Notes under the pieces: generated by a model | What the model saw: the letters and a program-made list of their open reading frames with translations, nothing else | What the model was told of the DNA's origin: nothing | Databases searched by the model: none | Position numbers and translations under genes: made by a program | In this document: positions 17,604 to 26,712 of the stretch, piece by piece | How positions within the stretch are numbered: position 1 is the stretch's first letter | Layout of the letters: every line of letters starts with the position of its first letter | Assembly: GCA_046160825.1 (NCBI GenBank) | Contig: JBJXHC010000051.1 | Span: forward strand, 4,487 to 68,486 | DNA length: 64,000 nt | Reading direction: 5' to 3' | Source of the DNA: Bacteroidota bacterium | GTDB lineage: Bacteria; Bacteroidota; Ignavibacteria; UBA10030; UBA6906

Positions 17604-18776
17604 TTATGGCCGGGGGTAGTAAAGTTGGAGAGTGTCGAGAAGTCCCTCAAGTGTGTACGTAGCGTCCAGCTTGAGGTAGTCGACCGACGACTTTCGCAGT
17701 CCTCCATCTATGACCTCAAGAGAAGACATGGTTGACAGATCACCAATATCTTTGATGGTAACATGGGTATGATTGTTCAACGAAGGGGATCGTGTCAACC
17801 CGATGTCAATGCCATGCTGGGCACCGTTGGGGTGTTCAATGACAACGTCCTTTATGATGATGTCAAAGATGCGCTTGCCATTTTCCGGAAGGTCATGATA
17901 GTGATCCAGATCGACATCCTGATAGGCACCTGTCGCGATGCCGCAAAGTGAACTCAGGATGCCAACGTAGTTCAGTTTGCGCACGAAACTTTTCCCGGGG
18001 TCGGCTGGCCAGTGCCCTGATTCAATGAGTACTGTGCTTGTACCCCATGACTGCATCCTGTCGCCAAAGGCCCGTGGCTCGTACGTATCGTTGTAGCGCG
18101 CTATGTTATGCGGAATGAAATGCGCAAGGGTGCGTGCAATAAATGCCGCCACGCGCATTGCGCGTATCCGAACAAGAGGCGTGGTCTTTTTTTCATCTAG
18201 GGCCGGGGCGAGAAGAGCAATCGCCGTCACCTCGCGCGTTGACCCCACGCTGCTGAGTTCCTGGTCGTGTAGATTGAATCCAAACCGGGGTTTCAGTTTC
18301 CGCTGAAGTGACCGGAGAATGTTCGCTTCCGGGGTAACAAGTGCCAGCGCATCGCGGTTCATATCAATATTGCATGCCGTGCGGCGTTGAATACGTTCGG
18401 CACCATCCGGGTTGAGCATTGGTACTGCATAAATTCTGGTCTCATCGAGAAGGCCCGATATTTCCGGTGACAGCGACTCTGTTGCCATGTGTTTGAACAG
18501 ATCCAACAACGCCAGAGTGGCCGTTGGTTCATCGCCGTGCATTTGCGACCAGAGCAACACCGTCTTCTCCCCCTTGCCGCAAGAGAGGAGGTGAATCGAG
18601 CGACCCTCCAGCGAGGTTCCGATCTCCTCCATGTGAAGTCGCCCCTTGCTCAGCCCGGTAATGCGGCGGAATTCCGGGATAACTGCTTCATGTTTGCAGT
18701 TGGATGGTGTAATCTCATCGACGCGGAAGTGTTCATAGTTGTTGAACAACTCCTTCGCTAATGCGCTTGGTGTCAT
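17604..18776 (-). CDS. M14-family zinc carboxypeptidase-like protein
   Basis: 390 aa; HGDE (HxxE) zinc-ligand motif in WSQMHGDEPTAT and general M14 layout. Specific subfamily is not assignable by eye. Confidence 0.6.
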   Translation of the reverse strand: MTPSALAKELFNNYEHFRVDEITPSNCKHEAVIPEFRRITGLSKGRLHMEEIGTSLEGRSIHLLSCGKGEKTVLLWSQMHGDEPTATLALLDLFKHMATESLSPEISGLLDETRIYAVPMLNPDGAERIQRRTACNIDMNRDALALVTPEANILRSLQRKLKPRFGFNLHDQELSSVGSTREVTAIALLAPALDEKKTTPLVRIRAMRVAAFIARTLAHFIPHNIARYNDTYEPRAFGDRMQSWGTSTVLIESGHWPADPGKSFVRKLNYVGILSSLCGIATGAYQDVDLDHYHDLPENGKRIFDIIIKDVVIEHPNGAQHGIDIGLTRSPSLNNHTHVTIKDIGDLSTMSSLEVIDGGLRKSSVDYLKLDATYTLEGLLDTLQLYYPRP

Positions 18777-18814
18777 GCGATGATAATGATGGTGATGTGT
18801 TTGTTCCGGTGGTT

Positions 18815-21800
18815 CTAGTTCTGTGGTTCGTTCTTCTCCAGGGCTTCGAAATATCTCCTGATCAACTCTTGATAATCTTTCGCGTATCCTTCTTCCGTTG
18901 CCTTGAGAAGATCCTGACGTAATCGGTTACGGCCATCCTGTGTTGTGAGATCAAGGGCTTGTGGACCGGAGCGGAGGAGATCCTTCCCTGACTCCGCGCG
19001 GCGCTTCTTTTCATAGTCCCTCTCTCGCATCGAACGTTGCGAGTCGAGTAACCGGGAGAGTATGCGATCCTGTTTCTGTACGGTCTCGGGGTTGACGTTG
19101 CCCTGTGCAAGATCGGTCTGCACTTCGCGCATTTCCTGCGCCGCGCGGTTCAAGTCCCCCAACAATTTGCTGAGTTCTCCGGTACTCGCGGCTTCGCGGG
19201 CAAGCTGCTCCAATGACTTCCTTACCATTCCCTGTTCGCCTGCCAAGCGGCCCATCTCGGCTGCCTGTTGTGGCGTCATGCCGCCAAGGTTCTGCGTACC
19301 CTGGTTGATTCCCTGTTGCGTCGAGGACATTTGTTGCAACCGCTGCATCATGCCCGCCATGCCCATTCCCTGGCCGCCGGGCTGCATCATGCCTGCCATC
19401 GCCCCCTGCATCTGATTGGCCGCCTCGTTCAATGAACCCATCGCGCCACCCTGTTGCTGGCCGGCTGAATTGCTGTTGCGCTGTTCCAACGATTGCATTG
19501 CCTGATCCATCTGCCTCATCGCATCACCGATGGATTTTCCCATCTCAGGTGAGATGCTGAACGTTTTCTGCGAGAGCTTCGAGAGGCCCTCGGTGACTTT
19601 CGCGAGGTCGCGCATTACCTCCATCTGTTCCTGCGCATTCTCACGAAATCGCTGTGAGTTCGGTTCCATGTTCTGCGACTGGTTCTTCAGCGCTTCCTGA
19701 CGCTTCGACAACTCCAGAAGATCCTGCATCGACCGGCGCATTTCGTTCACGATCTGCTGCTGTTGATTCTGCTGCATCGCCTGCTGCATTTGTTGCAAGC
19801 TCTGCTTCATCTTGCCCATTTTTTGCATTGCCTGCTTTTGCCCCTGCTGGGCCTTCTGCGTTTGCTGTTGTTGCATCTGCTCGGCTATCTGTTCCATCTG
19901 TTCCTGAAGATCACTTTCCTCCATTTCGTTCATAGCCTTTTCCATTTCATCGAGGGGCATCTCCGCCGGAAACTCTTCCATTTTCTTTTGCAGCTCGGCC
20001 AGTTCACGCTGCAATTGGTCCATCTGTTCCTTCAAGTCTTTCTGTTGCTTCGCAAGCTCATCCAACTTCTCCTTCGACTGCGGGCTGGTCTGCTCGGTTT
20101 GTTTCTGCAAATCCTCCTGCTGCTTCATCATCTCTTCCATTCTCTTCAACGCTTCATCAACCTTTTGCTCGATTTGAATCCTCTTCATCAGGTTCATTGT
20201 CCGCTCGATGCTCTTACGGAAGTTTTCCTCGGAGAACTTAAACTCTTGCATCGCCTGTTTCATTGCCTCGGGATTCATCTGCTGCATGGCTTCCTGCATC
20301 TTCTTCATCGCTTCGGAAAATTCGGGCGAGTTCATTTGCTCCATCAATTGCTGCAGCTCCTGATACTTCTCCATTGTTTCCTTGGAGATACTCTGGTTCT
20401 GTTCCATTTGATTGATCATCTGGTCAACGGTCTTGTTGACCTCTTCCATCTTCTTCTGCAACTCCTGGTACTGTTTGGCAAGCTCTTCGGCTTTCTTCTG
20501 TTCCTGCCATGTCATCTTTTGCTGGTTCTTGCGCAGTTCCTGCTGAAGTTCTTCCAGTTCCTTCCGTGCCTCCTCGGCCTGTTTCATCGCTTCTTTCATT
20601 CCCTCCAGACTCACCTCGTGCGAGCGGTCGAGATCGGCAAAGACTTCGTCAATTGAAGGGAGACGGAGAGTATAGATTTCACTCTTTGCGGACTTGGGGC
20701 CGGAGATGTTGTCGTTATCGAAGACTTCGATGTAGTAGCTTATCACATCCTCCGGTACGAGACTCTGGTTGCTCAGTGCCCAGACATACGGCATCTCGCG
20801 TTCTGTCCCCTGGCCACCGGCAAGCGGAATATCGGTAAACGAATACTCATCAGCCGGGCGCTCGTAGCGCGACTGTATCAGCTTATGCGCAAGCCGTAGC
20901 GTGGTGAAACCGTAGTCATCCGTAATTCTCATGAGCATGTTGAGCGTCGCGTTCTCGGCAATATCAATGTTCGCCCCCGGAACGAGAATGGCCGCGGTGG
21001 GGAACGCATCCGGTATGACTTTCAGTGTGTACTCAATCGGATCGACATTGGTGAGGTTCTCGACGTCAGTAAGGGCAATATGATAGGTGCGGTCAGCCAT
21101 TAAAGTCAGGCTTCCGGTGGCTTTCTCGCCACGAACGTCTAGACTCTTTTCTGTCTTATCATTAAACACCACGCTCGCGGTCGCCAGCGGTTTGTTGGAT
21201 TCAACCGAGAATGTTATCCGCGTTCCTTTCAGCGCCGTAACGTCACCGATATTCTCCTCAAGCTCACGTGCCTGGAGTTTCGCGTATGTGGGGAACTGTA
21301 ACTGCACCTTCATCGCCTTCACAATCGGTCTATCCACAACCGTCAGGGCATATTCATCGCTCCGAATATCGCGGGCGTACACATAGTAGGTTGTGGAATT
21401 CTTCAGAGAGGGAATATCATGCACAAACATGCCGGTGGAATCTGCGTTAAGAATCGTTTCCTCAAAAGCGACTTGTCCGGCCGGCCGCGCGGCAAAAACA
21501 ATTTGCTTCTGTTGTTCTCCCTCGATCCGTACAATAACAGGGACCGTCTCTCCCTTCACTACTTCCTTGCTCCCCGGCTCCACGATGAACGTAAATGGAA
21601 GAGGTGGATCAAATGACTCACCGTAGTTAACGAGACGATGTGCTGCCCCGAAGAACCCGGACGGAAACAATACGAACACGAGTACGGCAATCGCGCACAT
21701 TGCAAAGAACAACTTGCCTGCACGCTTGGGAGTTGTGGTGTCAACTACAGTGTTGAAATCTGCCGACTGGATCTCCTTGCGCACATCCTCGAACGACGCA

Positions 21801-22213
21801 TCGATGAGATCCACCGAATAAAGCTGCGGCTTGTCGCGCTCGGTGTACAACTGCAGGATGTTCACGAGGTGATCGTTCAGGTGCGGGAATTTCCTGCCGA
21901 TGCGCGATGCGGTTGCCTCAATGGTCTCATTGGACAAGATTCCGGCAAGACGGAGGGCTGGAATAATGACCTTCCAGACAAAAAGTATAATCGCGAAGGT
22001 GATGAGCAACCAGAAGAGAATCGTGCGGCCTATTGTACCGACGAAGAACGCATGTTCTATGGTCAGGGCGAGGAGAACAGCAGCAATGCTCACGGCGCCA
22101 AAGAGAAAGAATCCAAGCAGAGTCGCGAGTACCCCTTCCGTGCGTCGTACGGAAGTCAGCCTCTCAAGAAGCTCCCGATAAATACGCGGTGTACCCGATG
22201 CGTTGTCCGTCAT
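18815..22213 (-). CDS. large membrane-anchored protein with a ~450-aa Q/E/K/M-rich coiled-coil/low-complexity region (DUF4175-like)
   Basis: 1132 aa. It has 2-3 N-terminal TM helices, a ~380-aa beta-rich extracytoplasmic region, a long QQMEQ/KKMEE/MGMAGMMQ-type low-complexity segment and a conserved C-terminal ~100 aa ending ...YQELIRRYFEALE. Assignment to DUF4175 is from memory of that family's architecture. Confidence 0.55.
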   Translation of the reverse strand: MTDNASGTPRIYRELLERLTSVRRTEGVLATLLGFFLFGAVSIAAVLLALTIEHAFFVGTIGRTILFWLLITFAIILFVWKVIIPALRLAGILSNETIEATASRIGRKFPHLNDHLVNILQLYTERDKPQLYSVDLIDASFEDVRKEIQSADFNTVVDTTTPKRAGKLFFAMCAIAVLVFVLFPSGFFGAAHRLVNYGESFDPPLPFTFIVEPGSKEVVKGETVPVIVRIEGEQQKQIVFAARPAGQVAFEETILNADSTGMFVHDIPSLKNSTTYYVYARDIRSDEYALTVVDRPIVKAMKVQLQFPTYAKLQARELEENIGDVTALKGTRITFSVESNKPLATASVVFNDKTEKSLDVRGEKATGSLTLMADRTYHIALTDVENLTNVDPIEYTLKVIPDAFPTAAILVPGANIDIAENATLNMLMRITDDYGFTTLRLAHKLIQSRYERPADEYSFTDIPLAGGQGTEREMPYVWALSNQSLVPEDVISYYIEVFDNDNISGPKSAKSEIYTLRLPSIDEVFADLDRSHEVSLEGMKEAMKQAEEARKELEELQQELRKNQQKMTWQEQKKAEELAKQYQELQKKMEEVNKTVDQMINQMEQNQSISKETMEKYQELQQLMEQMNSPEFSEAMKKMQEAMQQMNPEAMKQAMQEFKFSEENFRKSIERTMNLMKRIQIEQKVDEALKRMEEMMKQQEDLQKQTEQTSPQSKEKLDELAKQQKDLKEQMDQLQRELAELQKKMEEFPAEMPLDEMEKAMNEMEESDLQEQMEQIAEQMQQQQTQKAQQGQKQAMQKMGKMKQSLQQMQQAMQQNQQQQIVNEMRRSMQDLLELSKRQEALKNQSQNMEPNSQRFRENAQEQMEVMRDLAKVTEGLSKLSQKTFSISPEMGKSIGDAMRQMDQAMQSLEQRNSNSAGQQQGGAMGSLNEAANQMQGAMAGMMQPGGQGMGMAGMMQRLQQMSSTQQGINQGTQNLGGMTPQQAAEMGRLAGEQGMVRKSLEQLAREAASTGELSKLLGDLNRAAQEMREVQTDLAQGNVNPETVQKQDRILSRLLDSQRSMRERDYEKKRRAESGKDLLRSGPQALDLTTQDGRNRLRQDLLKATEEGYAKDYQELIRRYFEALEKNEPQN

Positions 22214-22244
22214 ATCACTTCACCCTCTTCAAAGAATTCATCAC

Positions 22245-22946
22245 TCAATTGGTCAACGCCCACAGAATAATGTTCGTTCCGAATTTCAATGACTCCTGGC
22301 GCTTGGGTTCGGGATCGTTGTGAACGTCGGGGTCAGCCCAGCCGTCACTCGGATTTGTCTCGGTGTTGTAATAGACAACCAGCCGACCGTTATGAAAAAC
22401 ACCGTACCCTTGTGCCGGTTTGCCGTCGTGTTCATGAATCTTTGGCGGCCCGTTCGGAAAGTCGAACGGTGTACGATAAATACTGTGATTAAACGGGAGC
22501 TCCACAAGTTCTTTATCCGGAAATACCTTCTTCAGTTCACGGCGGATGGCTTTGTCCAACCCATAATCATCATCGACGTAAAGGAAGCCGCCGTTCTCAA
22601 GATAGGTACGCAGACGCCGCACCTCGGTTTCGGAGAAGACGATGTTGCCGTGCCCTGTAAGAAAAACCACGGGATACGAGAAGAAGTTCTCGCTGCCGAT
22701 CTCCACAAACTCATACCGGGCATCAACATCCAGCCCGACGTTTTGTTTGATGAAGTTCAGCAAGTTCACTTCTGCGGACTGATCGTTGTACCAATCCCCA
22801 CCGCCGGAATACTTGACACGTGGAATCTTGAGGGCGCTGGAAACCCGCGCCGGTTGGGCTTCACAGACTGTGGCGAAGAGAAGGATGGTAAGAAGATGGG
22901 TGAGAACAACCCTGCGGTACATGCCCTTGAGTTCCATGATGTTCAA
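22245..22946 (-). CDS. secreted DUF4159-like protein (class-I glutamine amidotransferase-like fold)
   Basis: 233 aa; signal peptide, then VVFLTGHGN...LENGGFLYVDD pattern reminiscent of ThuA/GATase1-like proteins; 31 bp upstream of the DUF4175-like gene. Confidence 0.5.
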   Translation of the reverse strand: MNIMELKGMYRRVVLTHLLTILLFATVCEAQPARVSSALKIPRVKYSGGGDWYNDQSAEVNLLNFIKQNVGLDVDARYEFVEIGSENFFSYPVVFLTGHGNIVFSETEVRRLRTYLENGGFLYVDDDYGLDKAIRRELKKVFPDKELVELPFNHSIYRTPFDFPNGPPKIHEHDGKPAQGYGVFHNGRLVVYYNTETNPSDGWADPDVHNDPEPKRQESLKFGTNIILWALTN

Positions 22947-23068
22947 TGGTCAAGTTATCAAACAAGGGCGGAAGAGTCAAATGGGGATTTGAGGTTCCCG
23001 CGGGATTTGCTATCTTAGCCAACACAAACAAGCTTGTTGTTGAACAGTCATCTACTTGTCATACGGAG

Positions 23069-24073
23069 ATGCCGACCTCAATGATTCCGAACCGAGTCAG
23101 AAACAGTACCCTTCTCGTTTCTTGCTTCTTACTACTCGCAATTGCATTGTTTCTTGCTCTGTCGGAGCGGGCCCCTCTGCATCGGTTCGGCCCGGATGGC
23201 TTGAACCGGATTGAAACAGAATTCCACTTCTACTACATGGGAGTGGTAGATGGCACCCTCCCCGGGCCGTATGCATACAGGTTATTGCTCCCACAGATGG
23301 TCTACCGCGTCGGTACAATTACCGGTGTTAGTCCGCTCACCATAGACTTTGCCTTCAAAGTTATTCTCCTTTTTTTTTCACAGTTGCTCTTCTTCGGTTT
23401 CATGAAACGGTTCGTTCCCGAAGGCTGGAGTTTTGCCGCGGTGTTCCTCCTTGATGTGTTGATCGCATTCTCTCTATCCTATATCGAAGGCCCATCAGTT
23501 CTGGAAACCGGCGATCTGGCAAACATGCTGGTGTTCATCATCGCCTTGTCGGCTCTACACCAAGGGCAATGGATAACTCTGTGTATTGTGCTGTTCATAG
23601 GAATGTTCAACCGTGAATCGCCGATTGTACTAATCCCGTTAGTGGTATATCTGCAGTGGGGGAAGCAAGGGGGCTGGCAGAAAATTCTTTTTGTCCTGCT
23701 TTCGTGTGTCGTTCCCTACGCAGTACTACACACCTTCATACATCCGTCGACGACCGTGTGGTTTACTACAGAAGGACTTGCACGCAACATCCCATTCGTT
23801 GCGTCGGAGTATTTATCGAGCACTCTAGTCGCAAACCTTCGACTCTTTCTATTGATCGGCCCCTTAATGGTCTTGACTTTGCATGTGTATCGCCAGCTAC
23901 CCGCATTCCTCCGCGCAACACTGCTCGTGGTACCGTTGCTTATTCCAATACACTATGTGTTTGGAGTAATTATCGAAACACGACTGTGGATGCCGCTCTT
24001 TCCGATTCTTGTCCCTACTGCAATCTTGGGGCTTGAGTACATCTACAAGAAAACTGAAACTCGCAATACCTAA
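23069..24073 (+). CDS. polytopic integral membrane protein (8-9 TM), function unknown
   Basis: Continuous hydrophobic helices throughout. Start placed at the in-frame ATG at 23069 (MPTSMIPNRVR); the longest ORF begins at 22946, overlapping the divergent gene start. Confidence 0.5.
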   Translation: MPTSMIPNRVRNSTLLVSCFLLLAIALFLALSERAPLHRFGPDGLNRIETEFHFYYMGVVDGTLPGPYAYRLLLPQMVYRVGTITGVSPLTIDFAFKVILLFFSQLLFFGFMKRFVPEGWSFAAVFLLDVLIAFSLSYIEGPSVLETGDLANMLVFIIALSALHQGQWITLCIVLFIGMFNRESPIVLIPLVVYLQWGKQGGWQKILFVLLSCVVPYAVLHTFIHPSTTVWFTTEGLARNIPFVASEYLSSTLVANLRLFLLIGPLMVLTLHVYRQLPAFLRATLLVVPLLIPIHYVFGVIIETRLWMPLFPILVPTAILGLEYIYKKTETRNT

Positions 24074-24190
24074 GTTTCTACAGAATTGAAAACACAAACG
24101 GCGCGTCGATATCGACAGGCCGTCTGGACAGTTAAGGTTATCGCGTGGATTCTCTTTTCATGGTTCGACTTCGCTCACCATGACGAGGCA

Positions 24191-24272
24191 CTTCAATCCA
24201 TGATCTTGCGCAAGAAGGCGGGCTTGCCCGACTTCAATCCATGATTTTCCTGAGGAAGGCGGGCTTCTCCGG
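24191..24272. repeat. 41-bp imperfect tandem duplication spanning the ftsZ stop codon (two copies of the sequence encoding the FtsZ C-terminal peptide KPAFLRKIMD*)
   Basis: Copy 2 (24232-24272) is the real ftsZ 3' end (EKPAFLRKIMD-stop). Copy 1 (24191-24231), immediately downstream, encodes (G)KPAFLRKIMD-stop in another frame. Confidence 0.7.
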
Positions 24273-25415
24273 ATCTGCCTTGTCGATCTTCTGGCGCTCT
24301 GCGAACTCCTCGCTGCGGTGCGCGTTCACGGTGATGTCCACTCCGCGTCGCACGTACGCCGGTTCGTCGAGCTTCTGTAATTCCGTTACGCCGGTGGGAA
24401 TCCTGTCGATCACGCGAACGCTCTTGGTCTGACGGAACCCGGCTGATGGATTCATGCCGCGCTTGTTGAAGCCCGTCGCAATCACGGTCACCATGATCTC
24501 GTCATCCATATTTTCATCCACTACTGCGCCGAGGATAACATTGGCATCCTCGCCTGCCGCTTCGTGAATGATCTCTGTTGCTTCGTCCACTTCCACCAGC
24601 GACATCGAGATCCCGCCGGTGATATTGACGAGCACGCCCTGTGCACCGGAGATGGAAACGTCTTCGAGCAACGGACTGGAGATCGCCGCGTGTGCTGCTT
24701 CCACTGCACGGTTCTCACCCTTCGCAATGCCCGAGCCCATTACCGCATCGCCCATTTCCTTCATCACGGTCCGCACGTCGGCGAAGTCCACGTTGATGAG
24801 GCCGGGCACAGTGATCAGTTCTGAGATACCGCGGGTCGCACCGTAAAGCACCTGGTTCGCGATATCGAACGCTTCGGTAAGCGGTGTGTTCCGCTCCACG
24901 ATGGAGAGGAGCTTCTGATTCGGGATAACAATCAGTGTGTCCACCTGCTTCTTTAGCTCTTCAATGCCCGTCTCTGCCTGGGCAAGTCGACGCTTGCCTT
25001 CACAGTTAAACGGTCGTGTCACGATACCAACAACCAGCGCCCCGATACTCTTGGCGATGTTTGCCACGAGCGGTGCGCCGCCTGTGCCTGTGCCGCCACC
25101 CATACCTGCGGTAACGAACACCATGTCGCTTCCCGCAAGTGCGCGTGCAATCTCATCGCGATCTTCTTCGACAGCGCGGTGTCCCACGGAGGGATCCGCA
25201 CCGGCGCCGAGACCGCGTGTGAGGTTTTTGCCGATCTGGACTTTGTTCGGCGCTTCGTTGCGTTCAAGCGCCTGCAGATCGGTGTTCACGGCGAAGAAAT
25301 CAACGCCGTGGAGTCCTTTATGAATCATACTGTTGACGGCATTGCCGCCGCCGCCGCCAACACCAACAACACGAATCTTGGCGCCACGATCGAGATAGCT
25401 GTCCAATTCGATCAC
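24234..25415 (-). CDS. ftsZ: cell division GTPase FtsZ
   Basis: GGGTGTG tubulin signature, T7 loop, C-terminal conserved peptide PAFLRK. Confidence 0.95.
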   Translation of the reverse strand: MIELDSYLDRGAKIRVVGVGGGGGNAVNSMIHKGLHGVDFFAVNTDLQALERNEAPNKVQIGKNLTRGLGAGADPSVGHRAVEEDRDEIARALAGSDMVFVTAGMGGGTGTGGAPLVANIAKSIGALVVGIVTRPFNCEGKRRLAQAETGIEELKKQVDTLIVIPNQKLLSIVERNTPLTEAFDIANQVLYGATRGISELITVPGLINVDFADVRTVMKEMGDAVMGSGIAKGENRAVEAAHAAISSPLLEDVSISGAQGVLVNITGGISMSLVEVDEATEIIHEAAGEDANVILGAVVDENMDDEIMVTVIATGFNKRGMNPSAGFRQTKSVRVIDRIPTGVTELQKLDEPAYVRRGVDITVNAHRSEEFAERQKIDKADPEKPAFLRKIMD

Positions 25416-25479
25416 TGGATGGTCCTCCTTTGATATGTGGATTGTGTGAATAAGAAATTCTCTGACATTCTTGTATTCA

Positions 25480-26712
25480 TTATAGTTGGTCGAACCACTC
25501 CTTCATTTTCTTTGCCATACCGGTCATTGTCTTTTCGCGTCTGCCGCTCTGCGATACCGAAACCCGATTCTGGTTCTTCAGCCCGTAGATAACGAGACCG
25601 ACTGCCGTGGAGTACGTCGGGTTTTCTATCTCACGGACAAGGCCTCCGGCAAATCCCGCCGGGATACCGATCTTCACTGGCATGCCGAGCACCTCCCGGG
25701 CAAGGTCTGCTGTTCCTTTTATGAGCGCGCCTCCTCCTGTGAGCACCACACCACCCGACAGGTGCTTTGAATAGCCGGAGCGTTTGATCTCCAATGCAGC
25801 GATCTCAAAAATCTCTTCCATGCGCGGCTGGATGATCTGTGCAAGTAAACGCTTATCGATCTCTATGGGCGCGCGGCCGCCAACACCCGGAAGAATGAGC
25901 GGTTCGTTGTTTACGACTGAAGGGATGAACGCGTAGCCATGATCCTTCTTTAATTTTTCCGCCTGGTCATTCAGAATACCGAGACCTTTGCGAATGTCGT
26001 CGGTGACCTTTCTGCCCGCGATGCCAATCACGGCAGTGTGGCGGATTGTCCGCTCTTCGAAGACGGCAAGGTCCGTCGTGCCGCCGCCAACATCGAGAAG
26101 CGCAATCCCCACTTCTTTCTCTTCATCATCAAGCACGGCGTAGCTGGAAGCAAGCGGCTCGAGCACCATGTCGTTTACTTCAAGTCCTGCGCGCTGCACA
26201 CACTTGTAAATATTCTGGGCTGCGCTTACCAGTCCGGTAATGATGTGGACGTTCGCCTCCATCCGCACGCCCGACATCCCGAGCGGATCATAGACGCCAT
26301 CCTGGCCATCAATGATGAACTCCTGTGGGATGACGTGGATGATTTTTCGGTCGGAGGGCAATGCCACGCGCTTGGTATCTTCTATCAGCCTGTCGATATC
26401 CGCCTGCGTCACTTCATGATCTTCTCCGCTCACCCCGATAACGCCGCGACTTTGAAAACTCTGAATATGGTCGCCGGCAATTCCTACAATCACCGACTTG
26501 ATCGCTACGCCGGATTGCGACTCCGCTTCAGCCACCGCGTTGGTGATGGAGCGGATTGTTTTTTCGATATGCGTGACAACACCGCGCATCATGCCGTCGG
26601 AGGGGCTTCGTCCCACACCAAGAATATTCACCCGACCGCTCTCGTCCATGCCGGCAACGACTGCACACACCTTGGTCGTCCCGATGTCGAGGCCTACAAT
26701 TATGTTATCCAT
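25480..26712 (-). CDS. ftsA: cell division protein FtsA
   Basis: 410 aa actin-like ATPase (DIGTTKV..., DVGGGTTD motifs); conserved position between ftsQ and ftsZ. Confidence 0.95.
   Translation of the reverse strand: MDNIIVGLDIGTTKVCAVVAGMDESGRVNILGVGRSPSDGMMRGVVTHIEKTIRSITNAVAEAESQSGVAIKSVIVGIAGDHIQSFQSRGVIGVSGEDHEVTQADIDRLIEDTKRVALPSDRKIIHVIPQEFIIDGQDGVYDPLGMSGVRMEANVHIITGLVSAAQNIYKCVQRAGLEVNDMVLEPLASSYAVLDDEEKEVGIALLDVGGGTTDLAVFEERTIRHTAVIGIAGRKVTDDIRKGLGILNDQAEKLKKDHGYAFIPSVVNNEPLILPGVGGRAPIEIDKRLLAQIIQPRMEEIFEIAALEIKRSGYSKHLSGGVVLTGGGALIKGTADLAREVLGMPVKIGIPAGFAGGLVREIENPTYSTAVGLVIYGLKNQNRVSVSQSGRREKTMTGMAKKMKEWFDQL

Noticed and set aside
19763-20656. 297-aa L/H-rich plus-strand ORF
   Set aside because: It is the antisense reading of the Q/E/K-rich low-complexity region of the DUF4175-like gene. 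It has a compositional-artefact signature, no start context and no plausible protein.
23380-23388. T9 homopolymer in the polytopic membrane-protein gene (also a C7 run at 31433-31439 in ftsW)
   Set aside because: Both are in frame within conserved or hydrophobic coding sequence (Phe-Phe and Gly-Gly codons) and not in a surface-antigen or promoter context. They are unlikely phase-variation tracts, unlike the A9 in dnaX, which sits at a known recoding position.
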